This document shows, piece after piece, positions 26,301 through 37,727 of a stretch of DNA of 64,000 nt. Location: assembly GCA_002104905.1 (NCBI GenBank), contig MCFE01000433.1:11871-75870 (forward strand), in the 5' to 3' direction. Under the pieces are notes generated by a model. It did not search any database. It was given only the letters and a program-made list of their open reading frames with translations, and had not been told where the DNA came from. Made by a program: the position numbers and the translations under genes. Position 1 is the stretch's first letter. The number at the start of each line of letters is the position of its first letter. This DNA is from Basidiobolus meristosporus CBS 931.73 (Eukaryota > Fungi > Basidiobolomycota).

Positions 26301-29300
26301 GCAGGAGCCCAACAGCTTTATGTCTCTGCTCATTCACTGGTTCCCATATGTCCAGGTCTTTGCCAAGCACCGCAAGGGCTAGCCCCTCATCTGCCAGTCT
26401 TTACATAGATTGTTGCAATATTCAAGTGTGTGTTCTTGAGCACTACTCCAAAAGTAGTGTTGTAATCTCTTTGTGTGCCTATTAATATTCCAAAATTTCA
26501 CTGAGGATATTACAATAACCTTTTGAGTTCAAGACATTGTTACTTTGCTTGTGAGTTGGATCACCACTTTGTTAACAATGGTGGATGTGGAGACTGTGGT
26601 AGAAAAATTGCCTTTCTCTGCAAACTCATGTACCTCACTGAAGGGTAGCTCAACAGGCTGCACTTTCAACTCTTGCAAAAACAGCTATTTTCTTGTTGGT
26701 AATTCTTCTTGGCTTTGATGGGATTCAGTCTGTTCCAAGCTTACACTGTTAATTGGCAATAGCTGTAGCCTTTTTCTCATGCTTCCCTGTCTCTGACTTG
26801 GGTAGACTTTCTCCCTTTACCTTTTCCTTTGTCACTGCAAGGTCTTTCACTGCTACTTGTGTGAGTTCTTCTTGTATTCAACTACATTTTCTCCTTGAAG
26901 AATGCGACTATGATGCATCTGTTATGTCCAGCTTGTCCCTTGCTTGCACTCTGTTGGCAACCTGATGCTTCATTTATAATTGATTTAAGCTCTCAGTCTA
27001 TGCTGTGATGAGATCCTGAGGTAGCTGCTTGTTTATATCACTGCCAGGTCCTTAACTGTTATGTTGATTGAGTGCTTTCCAAGTAGAACTACACATTTTC
27101 CTTGGTAAATTTTGTGCTGGTGCATCTGTATCTGCCTGCTTTTACCTTATCAGCACTCTTTCAGCTACCTGATGTCTCTTTGAGGCTTACTTGGAGCTTT
27201 TGGCCCTGCTTTTAACAGGCTATTGAGGACACTGCTGGCTTATGGTCATTGCACCCTGGTTGTTCTGCCATTCTTGAGATACTTACTTAGCAAAGCAATA
27301 ATGGCCCAGAATGTGTTTGCTTGCTTGGATCCCAGATAATGCTCAAGGAGTAAGTCAAGCACATTTTGCTTGGCCTTAAGTTCCTGATGGTCCCATTGTA
27401 TGCAGACCTTAAGGTGTTGGCTTGCTAGAATTCTAATGGTCTCCTTAATATTAGCCCACTTCTGATCATTGCACTCATTAGCTTCACAGATCTTCAATGT
27501 CTTTTGATACTTAGGCTTTGGTGTTGAACACTACATTTTTGCCCTCCCATACTACAATAGGTTTTCTGTGGGCTTTATCTTTGGGCACTGTTGTTATGTA
27601 TCAATGACTGTACAGTGTTCCTCTGCTGTTAAATCAGGAAATGGCTCAACTCTTGGCTGTGACATTGAGATACTCAAGGTCCCTTTTTGCGGCAAAGAAA
27701 CTGCTTTCTCTACCTGGGATATTGATTGCTCTACACCTTTTGTCTGCTCATCCTGTTTCCGTACTATTTCTTGATTTCTCTGGGCCATTGCATCTATCCT
27801 ATCAGCCACTGCACCTAATTGCCTCATCAATACTTAGGTATGAGCAGACAAAATACTGAGTAATATGGATGGTGATGATGTTAAGATGGCCTCTTGCTGG
27901 TCTTGAACCAAAGGTACTGCTTTTGCTACATTCTCAACTACCTCAGCATTATGATCAGCTTGCAGCTCCACAGATATTCCCAATTGCCTACTTGACTGAG
28001 ATCTTGAGGAGTCCATATTATTACCTCTGTGGGAACACTATCCACTGGGCCATTTTTAGTTGTAACCCTGCTTGTTGCACTAAATGTCAAAGCAAGCTGT
28101 TGTCCCACCTTTCTTCTGCTGCTGTCAACGGTGGGGTTTGGCCAGGAACCAGACAACTTTGCTTTTTTTTTGGCGGAATATATATGGCAGTAAGTCAAAC
28201 TAAAGGGGAAATGGGGTTACATATACCTGTGTATGTGGTGCCACAGCTTTATTTATAATGCTTACTATGGCAGGTCATTATTGAATCTTACATTCATGTA
28301 GGTGCAATGTCTCAGATCAAAGATTGTACTAAGTTCACTTAAGTATTGACAAAAAAGTGATATAATAGCATGATGTTATTGAGTGTCAAGCTGTTTGCCC
28401 CCTGGACAAGACTACTTTGAATCTATGCAGTAAGAGAAGAGAAAAAAGACTATGTGGCTATTGTAGCAAGCCTCTCAGCCATGAAGCATACAGACAGCAT
28501 AGGAAGTATTACAAGGATCATGACCAGTGTATTGCCACCCAAGTCATATTAACCATTCACCTGTCACTACTATACCAACAATATCTTGCCAGCCATTTGA
28601 TATATCTATTATGGCACCTAACCATACTTGTCACTTTGCACAAACAGAGTCAGGTGAGCTTGGGATGCTTTTAAGCTCACCTCAGCCTTCTTTATATGGC
28701 ATGCAGAGTGATAGTTATGGAGAAGCAGGCTTGCTGGTAATTTGTGAGCCTACCTTCCCTAACAACTGTACTCTGCATGAGCCTGGCAAAATCCTATTAT
28801 GCAATGAGACAACACCCATGGAAAAAAATGCCAAGGGTACTTTCTGGAGTTGGGTGTGCCTAGTAGTCCATTTACTGGTGAATGATGTAGTGTTGTGGGT
28901 AGAGATGTGGCATGTGTCCACCAATATCAGTATTGGGAGCTTGGAGGATTTACAACTACCTCTTGCCAAAGTCATCCCAGGATGCAACTTACAATGTACA
29001 TGGTATAAGTGGACAACCATCATGCAGCTGGCAACATACAACCCAGAGACCATCTTGATACCAGCATGTGTTAACAGTTGCAGGGCATTCACATCAGATA
29101 GTGCCATCATTGCAAGGTGTCCAACTTGTCAGGAATCCACCAGCTTTGGGGGAAAAGATTAGTTACACTCTGTATATATTCCAGTGATGCCCTGTCCAAA
29201 GAAGCTCATGCAGTACAGCAAATATTGTAAAGCTATAAAGTACAACACTCAGTATCAATCAAGCACAAACATACCCAAAATTGATGGATTCTCATTGAAC

Positions 29301-30181
29301 AAGTACACTACTGGCAAACCACTACCATATCCCAGTCTCATCAGGAATATTACCTTTAAGTCCATTATGGATGTGATGAATTGGCATCTGGAGGACACCC
29401 AGGAAGAGTTGGAAAATACTGAGGACAAAAAAGCACATGGAGACACTTATGCCTATGGCATTAAGAAGCTAAGCAGCCATAATGTGTGGGTAATCAGGCA
29501 AGTAATGCAAAGTTGTGTTGGGTGCAACAAGCAACTAATTTTTATTAGGAGAACTCTACCAGGCTATGCCAGATTTCTCTTGTCAAAAGCCAATCTCTAT
29601 ACCATTCAATATGGAATTGAAACTAACAAGAGCCAGAATGCACCTATAAGGGGGACTGGAATCCAGCAGGGAGAAGGAATATATTGGCTAAATACCAACA
29701 AGCTCTTTGCAGATATTTTGGAGGTATTCATGGCAGAAGTGGTGTCAACCAAGCATATGCTTTGAAGATGTATATGCTACCAGCACTACAGGGCATATAA
29801 TAGCTTTGTAAATATGTCATTGGTGGCAGTTGTGCATATTTTCAGAGGTTAGTGAGCAGGAAGCTAAAGTATTTCTTGATTCAAACTATATGTGGAATAC
29901 CCAAGGTTGTAGTGAGCAAGCAAACAAAGAGGGGCAATTCTACAGTGAACATATGAATTGCATAAGGGGAGATAGAGAAAGGAAATACCATTTGGTCAAT
30001 TGGTATGGTAGCATTCTACAGAACTAGCTGTAAAATTAGCCAAACACTGTTGTGATCCCATTATAAGATTGTGTGGATAGCCATTAGTACTAAGCTGCTA
30101 GCACTATGGTGGTCTCTTTACAAGATCTTGATGGCTAATCTGGATGAGATTCACCTGTGGGACCAAATTATTTTCATAGGG
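26300..30181 (+). mobile_element. CACTA/CMC-type element copy A (ORF2 on minus ~26300-28180; Tnp2 transposase pseudogene on plus ~28410-30010, internally deleted)
   Basis: IPACVNSCRAFT...CPTCQE (Tnp2 N-terminal Zn motif) and LPYPSLIRNI...YGIKKLSS C-terminal region. Terminus GGACCAAATTATTTTCATAGGG ends at 30181. Confidence 0.75.
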
Positions 30182-32019
30182 ATGGTAGTTTTGGCTATTT
30201 CTGGTCTAATTAGATCATGTGGCATTTGATACTGGGATGATCACATCTGTGACATTCTTGGGCACTGAATTAGGCTCAATCACTGCTTTAGGGTCCGCTG
30301 GACTCAAAAAGTTTTCATGAGTTTGCTGCAACTTGATCCTGACAATTGGTGGACCTGTGAATAGTGTCTTGTTATCATGCAATGTCATTTTTTGTGATAT
30401 TTTTAAATTTCATCAAACAACAACTCTCTGGACTTGCTCAGCTTTTTTGCTTTGGCATAGTTCAGTCTGTATGACTTCCTTTCATTGGAGCAGCCCAAAA
30501 GTATGCTTTTTACACTTTTTGGCTGAGATTTTGATGGAATTCCAGGCTGTTTCACGGCATACACTGTACACCCAAGTACTCTTTGATGTTCTTCACTTTG
30601 TCTATATCCATATCATGCCTCAAGTGGGGTAGATCCACTAGAGATTCCACTATAACTCCTATTTTTATAGTTTACAGCTGTGGTAACTAATTCTGCCCAA
30701 AAATCATAGAATAAATTTTGATCATGGACTATAGATCTCACCATATCAATTATTGATCTGTTTGCACAGTCTGCTACTACACTTTGCTGTGGGGAGTATG
30801 GTACCACAGTCTGTTGCTTTATCCCATGAATCTTGCAGAAGTGGATGAAGAGTTTTGAAGTATACTCTCTACCATTGTCAGCACATATTTTTGTGACTTT
30901 TTAACCAGTTTCACTTTCCACTATGGCTTTAAACTCCCTAAACTTAGACATAGCCTTTTCCTTTCTCTCCATGAAGTAGACCTATGTGTAACTTGTATCA
31001 TTATCAATAAATGGGATTAAATACTTCATCCAACCAATGAATAAATTTTGCATAGGTCAACATAGATCTGAGTGAATTAGACGTGTTTTTTCTTAGCTTT
31101 GGCTAACTCAGAGCTCTTGAAATGTTGTATGGCTTATTTCCCATATATACAGGCTTCATGGTGCTCTAAACTTGCTAGGCAATCAGTTTTTCATTTCAGC
31201 TACGTATATTGGCTTCCAGATATGACAGAATATAAGTCAACTTTGATAGAATCTGATCCCTAATACCTTAAGTAAAATGAACACCATTTTGATCAGTGAT
31301 CCTGCATCTAGAATTGTAAAATATGAAGCTGAGTCCTTCTGCAGTGGCTTTACTTACTGATGATAGGTTTTTGGCCATTGCTGGTACAAAGGGTACTTCC
31401 TTGAAGGTAGGAGTAACGCTTCCTTTAACATTACTAAGGATTACTTTGATAATTCCTTCTCCTACCACAAACTGTTTCAATGTAACCCATGAATACATTC
31501 ATAATTGAAATTTATTGATATTGGGCAAAAAGTCCTGTTTGATGTGTTAAATGTAGAGATGTGCCAGAGTAGTACACCACGTAGGAGAATCCTTTTTGTG
31601 GTCATAGTAAGTGCTGATATTAATAGTTAATCCTTTGTTGTGCAACATTTCCATATTCAGGCTTCTTTTGCTGATTATCTCACTGTTTATAGCACTGGTC
31701 GGATGTGTGTCCTTTCTTTTGGCAGTGATTGCAAAACAGGTTGCTGTTGCCTTTGAAGGGTCTCAAGCACCTTCTTTAGTGATTATTGTTGCTTATTAAA
31801 GCATCTTGTACTTCCCTTTTATTGGCACTTGATTTTTTTAATTCCTCATCCAGAAGCCCTTCATATATGTAATTTAAGGTCAAATAAACAATGCTGAAAT
31901 CTTATGCTGATACATGTCCCTGAAACATAACTGCCAGGCAATTCAGGATGGAAACTATCACATCCTCTTGAGGAGCTAGTATGATCACAGATTCAATTGC
32001 ATCCACCATCATGGTACTA
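30182..32019 (-). mobile_element. Degraded Ty1/copia gag-pol (protease, integrase)
   Basis: PYSPQQSVVADCANRSIIDMVRS...FWAELVTTAVNYKNR (integrase); GEGIIKV...FVPAMAKNLSSVSK. Confidence 0.8.
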
Positions 32020-32686
32020 CTCTGTAATAAATTATTGAGATGATCCCGTCAAAAGGCCATCACAAGTCAAAGTCCCATGACTAAGAGGTACTATTCCCAT
32101 CAGGACACTGTCCAGATACTGTTGAAAAATAATTGCACTCCAGATTTCTCAAAAAACTTAGTCAAAATCTTTCATCACTACAATGTATAAGTGGCATCTG
32201 ATTGGTTCCCTGCCAATTTGCTCACTTTCTGATCCCAGACACTTTATTGCCTTCTACATTTGTGTGACTTCATTGGCTATTGCTTCTTTTTCACACTTCT
32301 TACTTCCTGACTCAACCATTTCTCTTACTCTTCACACATATAATTTAATTTATTTCCATTGAAACTTCAGTTGTACCTCAATTCCAACTCTTGTGCAAAC
32401 AGCAGTTTTCTAGTTGCTAATTTTTCTTGGCTCTGATGGGATTCAGTCTGTTCCTGGCTTGTGGAATCAATTGGCAAGAACTGGGGTTTTTTTTTCATGC
32501 CTCCCGGTCTCAGGCTTGGGTAGACATCTTTCCCTTTCCCTTTTTCTTTATCACTACCAGGTCTTTCACTGCTAATTTGTCTGAGTGCTTCTTGTAAAGA
32601 ACTACGTTTTCTCCCGGATAGATTCTGCTCTGACACATCTGTTTTGGCCTGCTTGTTGCTTGCTGGCACTCTTCTGGCAATCTGGC
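32020..32686 (-). mobile_element. Truncated CACTA-type element: eroded left end plus 3' part of ORF2
   Basis: 32020-32350 duplicates 32687-33020 (AGATGATCC.GTCAAAAGGCCATCACAA...). ORF2 fragment ERPGSDKEKGKGK. Confidence 0.65.
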
Positions 32687-35096
32687 GCCCATGAAATATT
32701 ATTAAGATGATCCTGTCAAAAGGCCATCACAAAGTCAAAGTCCTATGACTAAGTGGTACTGATCTTGTCAGGACACCATCCAGAGACCATTGAGAAAAGT
32801 TGCACCGCAGATTTCACACAAAACTTAGTCAAAATTTTTCATCACAACAATGTATAAGTGGCTTTTGATTGGTTCCCTGTCAATTTGCTCACTTTCTAAT
32901 CCTGGACACTCTGTTGCCTCCTATGTTGGTGTGACATTATTGGCTATTGCCTCTTTTTAACACTCCTTACTTCCTAACTCAACCATTTCTCTTACTTTCA
33001 TGCATACAAATTGATTTATTTCTGTTGAAACTTCAGGTGTACCTCAATTGCCAACTGTACTGACCTATACAAGTCTCTATACCCTACACTAATATTAAGC
33101 CCAACCCCAAACTCAACAAGTAACTCCATTAAAATCCACCTCTCAATAAGTATTTCTGCAGTAACGCTCTGGTTCCACAACTTTGGCGGGAACTCACCAG
33201 CTTTATGCCACTGTTCATTCAATGGCTCTCACACATCCTGGCATTCAGTCAGCACTGCAAGGTCTAGATCTTCATCTGCCAGTCTTTGCAATAAATCCTT
33301 GCAATATTCCAGTGAAATTTCTTGAGCACTGCTCTTGAAGAAGTGCTGCAACCTCTTGGTGTGCCTATTAATGTACCAAAACTCCACTGAAGGCATTGTG
33401 ATAGTCTCTTGAGCTCTTGATATTGTAGCCTTTTCTGTCAGTAGGATCTCCATCCTGTCAATAATGGAGCCTGTGGAGGCTGTGGTAGACAAATTGCCTT
33501 TTTCAGCAAACTCATCTACCTTGCTGGAGTGTAGCTCAACTGGCTGCGCTTCCAACTCTTGTGAAAGCAGCTGTTTTCTTGTTGGTAATTCTTCTTGGCT
33601 ATGATGGGATTCAGTCTATTGCTGGCTTGTGGCATTAACTGGGTAGACATTTTTCCCTTTACCTTTTCCTTTATCACTGCCAGGTCTTTCACTGCTACTT
33701 TGTCTGAGTACTTCTTGTAAAGAACCATGTTCTCTCCCGGATAAATTCTGCTCTGACGCTGCTATTTTGTCCTGCTTGCACTTGCTGGCACTGGTCTGGC
33801 AACCTGCTATTTTTTTCAGCTTGTTTTGAGCTCTCAACTGTAGTTGTGACAGGCTCCTGTAATAGTAGCTGGTTTTTATCACTGCCAGGTCCTTTGCTGC
33901 TACTTTGACTGGGTGCTTTGTGAGTGGTACTACACTTTTTCCTTGATAAGTGTTGTGCTGGTGCATCCATGTCTGCCTGCTTGTCCCTAATTGGCACTCT
34001 TCCAGCTGCCTGATGGTGTTCCCCTGCTGTTACATTGGGAAATGGCTCAATTCTTGGCTGTGACATTGAGCTACTTGAGATCCTTCTTTGCAGCAAAGAT
34101 TATGCTGTTTCTACCTGGGATATTGATTGCTCTACATGTAATATCTGCTCATCCTGTTTCTGCACTATTACCTGATTTCTCCGGGCCATTGCATCTATCC
34201 TATCAGCCACTGCACCTAATTGCTTCATTAATGCTCTGGTACAAGCGGACAACATACTTGCTAATATGGGTGGCAGTGATGTTATTATGGCCACTTGCTG
34301 ATCTTCAACTGAGGGTACTGCGTTTGCTACAATCTCATCTGCCTGAGCATAGTGGTCTGCTTGTGGCTCTGCATAGGTTCTCAATTGCCAACTTGACTGA
34401 GAGCCTGAGGAGTCTGCATTATTACCTTCAATGGGCACACTTTCCACAGGGCCTTTTTTGGATGTAGCCCCACTTGTTGCACTAGATATTGAAGCAAGCT
34501 GTTGTCCAACCATTCTTCTGTTGCCATCAGTGGTGGGGTTCAGTTGAGAACCAGACAACTTTGCTTTATTTTTTGGCGGCATATATATGGGAGTGAGTCA
34601 AACCAAAGGGGAAATAGTGTTACATACACATGTCTATGTGGTGCCATAACTTTATTCATAATGCCTACTATGGCAGGTTATCATTGAATCTTACATTCAT
34701 GTAGGTGCAATGTCTCAAATACAAGACTGTCTTAAGCTCACATGAGTATTGACCAAAACTTGACATAATAGCGTTATGTTGTTGAAGTTCAAACCGTTTG
34801 CCTCATGGACAAGACTGCCTCAATTCTATGCAGTAAGAGAAGAGAAAAAAGACCATGTGGCTATTGTGGCAAGCCTCTCAGCCATGAAGCACACAGACAT
34901 CATAGGAAATATTACAAGAACCATGGCCAGTGTTTTGCTGCCAAAGTCATATTTGACCATTCATTGGTCACTATTGTACCAATATTACCTTGCTGGCCAG
35001 TTGATACTTCTATACTGACACCTGCCCATCTTTGTCACCTTGCGCAAATTGAGTCAGGTGAGTCTGTGACGCCGTTAGGCTTACCTCAAACTTCTG

Positions 35097-35762
35097 AACT
35101 AGATGCAAGTCTTCAGTCCCTCTGTGCTCTTATACATCCTGCATAACATTGATCCACAGAAAAAGGTCATAAAATGGATTTTCTCCTGCATAATAAGTGA
35201 ACCACAGGGGCTGCTTTGCATGAAGATGCAGAGCTATGTTTCACACTCTGTGGCCAAGTATAGGCTCACCTGGCCTCCCTGGCACACTGTGGCATCATTT
35301 GGCAATCATGGCTCAATGTGGTGTTATGATCTGCTGCTTGAATGTTTAAGTTAGATCAGTTTTTAGTCAAATCAGTTTGTATATGTTTATGTTATCAGTA
35401 AATCAGTATTATCTATCAGATCAGTAGCATTAGTCAGCAAATGAATCAGCAGATCCTTATCAGACAGAATTTGATATATTAAGTGGGATCTTATTGGGTG
35501 ATGATGATGCAATCAAATGAGTCATCAGCCACAACCTACATAGGAAATACAATTAGTCAGTATTTGATCTGGCAAATTCATATAAGGAGCTGCTGGAAAC
35601 TCAATAAAGATCAGTTCAGGTCTTAGTGAATACAATACTAGCCAAACTCCCTATTCCTCTACAACTCTTATACCAAGACTTGTAACAGTGGCACTATCCA
35701 ATTGAGCAAGTCTAATAATATGCGCATTTACATGACAGCCATTTATCCAAAGGAACAAGTCT
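35097..35762. mobile_element. Truncated, rearranged foldback MITE (MITE-3) of the AGACTTGTTCC family
   Basis: 35100-35321 aligns to the MITE arm at 58180-58402. TIR ends at 35713 and again at 35744-35762. Interrupted by a solo LTR. Confidence 0.8.
35322..35687. repeat. Solo LTR, 366 bp, TGTTA...TAACA, 4-bp TSD GTGG
   Basis: GTGG at 35318-21 and 35688-91. Removing it restores GGCTCAATGTGGCACTATCC, as in the intact MITEs. Confidence 0.85.
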
Positions 35763-37727
35763 TTTATCTGCATTGGAGAAACCCCAGCCATTAGCAAGAA
35801 AGCAGGTTTTTCTGGGCACAATGGATGGTTTTACTGTTGAATGTGTGAGATCCAGGGGATTTAGTCCATAACTCATATGCATTATCATTACCCAAACACT
35901 AGCACTAAGTGCATTATCTTCCCACTAAGAGAATGTACAGAAGTAAGCATGCAATTGCAGCATAGTTGGCAAGCTATAAGCCATCAGCCAGAATATGGAA
36001 TCAATTGGAAACCGGAGATACTTGAGATAGAGGGTGTATGTTGGAGCAAAAGCTTTCCACTGGGAGCAATGCATTTGCTTTTCAACAATATCCCTATACT
36101 GCTGACCAAGTTGTATATAGGGCATTTCAAACTAAATGTGCCCTTCAAGATACTGGAGAAATTTGAAAGAATTGGCAAGATACTACAGAATATCTGCTAC
36201 ACCAAGTACTTCTCATGGGCTCCAATTAATATTCATACACATATGCCATAATACATATGCAATGACTGGATGAGCTGGATATCTATTTATTTAGGTGGTG
36301 TTCTGAGACCATTCCTACCAAGAATACATTGGAAGCATTGGGAGTCATATGTGGCCATTGTAGGAATATTTATCCAGATGCAGATCACCAATGCCAACTT
36401 TGCACATCTTCAGCTGTTGTATGAGGAGTTTGTGACAGGATTTGAGCGGCTATACTACAAGCATAAAGCTGAACGCGTAGATCTCTGCTGCTACTGTATC
36501 CATTCTCTACCCCACCTTGAACAGCATGTGGAGAATATTGGGCTTTGCTTCACCTTTTGGAAGTTTCCTATGGAGTGGATGCGTGGGGAGATAGGAAGAC
36601 AAGTCAAGTTGCAGGTATTACCATATCCCAATCTCATCAAGATTATTACCTACAACTCCCTCATGGATCTGATGAGATGGCACATGGAGGACAGCCAGAA
36701 AGAGTTGGAGAATACTCAGGACAAATGTGCAAATGAGACACCTATGCCTATGACATTAAGAAGCTAAGCAGCGCCAATGCATGGGTAATCAGTTAAGTAA
36801 TGCAAAGTTCAGTTTAGTGCAACAACCAACTAATTTTTATCAGGAAAACTCTACAAAGATATGCCAAAATTTTCACGGTCAGAAATCCACTTCTACACCA
36901 TTCAATATGGACTCACACAAACAAAAGCCAGGATGCACCTATAATGGGGACTAGAATCCAGAAGGGAGAGTGAACATATTGGCTAAATACCAACAAGCTC
37001 TTTGCAGATATTTTGGAGGTATTCATGGCAGAAGTGGCAACAACCAAGCATATGTTTGTAAGATGTATATGTTACCAGCAGTACGTGGTATACAGAAACT
37101 TTGCAAGTATCACACTAAAAAGCCATAGAGCTGAGGTGATAGAAGTATGACAATTGTGGCAGGTGTGTGTGTTTATAGAGGTTAGTAAGCAGGAGGCCAT
37201 AGTTTTTTTGATTCAGACTATATGTGGAAAACCCAAGGTATTAGTGATTAAGCAAATAAAGAGGGGTGATTCTACAGTGGAATAAATGAATTGCACAAGG
37301 GGAGGTAGATAAAGGAAATACCATTTAGTAAATTGGTACAATAGCATTATACAAAACCAGTGGTAGGCTGTCATACTGCCAATATAATGCCATCAGAGTC
37401 TTGCTGTGAGGCCATCAAAATACCCTCAAGTGTCTTATGTTATAAGGCAATTGGGTGTGCTGGCCAGCTGGATCCACTTAAAGTAGTTATAGAGCCCTAA
37501 AAGACTGCAACAATACCATGCAAATATTGTTACCGCACCAACAAAGTATTATCAAGTTTTATCCGTTTATTTGGTTGTAAATTAGCAAAACACCATTGTA
37601 ATCCCATCATAAGATTGTTAGGAGGGTCACTAATTCCAGGTTGCTAGTATTATGATTGTCTCTAAATGGGATCCTGATGGCTGATCCTGATGAGATCCAC
37701 CATGGGACCAAGTTATATCTCATAGGG

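Larger units (their letters stand above)
32687..37727 (+). mobile_element. CACTA/CMC-type element copy B (ORF2 minus, start codon at 34582; Tnp2/DUF4218 pseudogene plus, ~34790-37340)
   Basis: CGYCGKPLSHEAHRHHRKYY; ICIGETPAISKKAGFSGHNG..C.MC; FWKFPMEWMRGEIGRQVK...PYPNL (DUF4218-like). Termini CCC(T)ATGAAA near 32688 and TCATAGGG at 37727. Confidence 0.8.
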
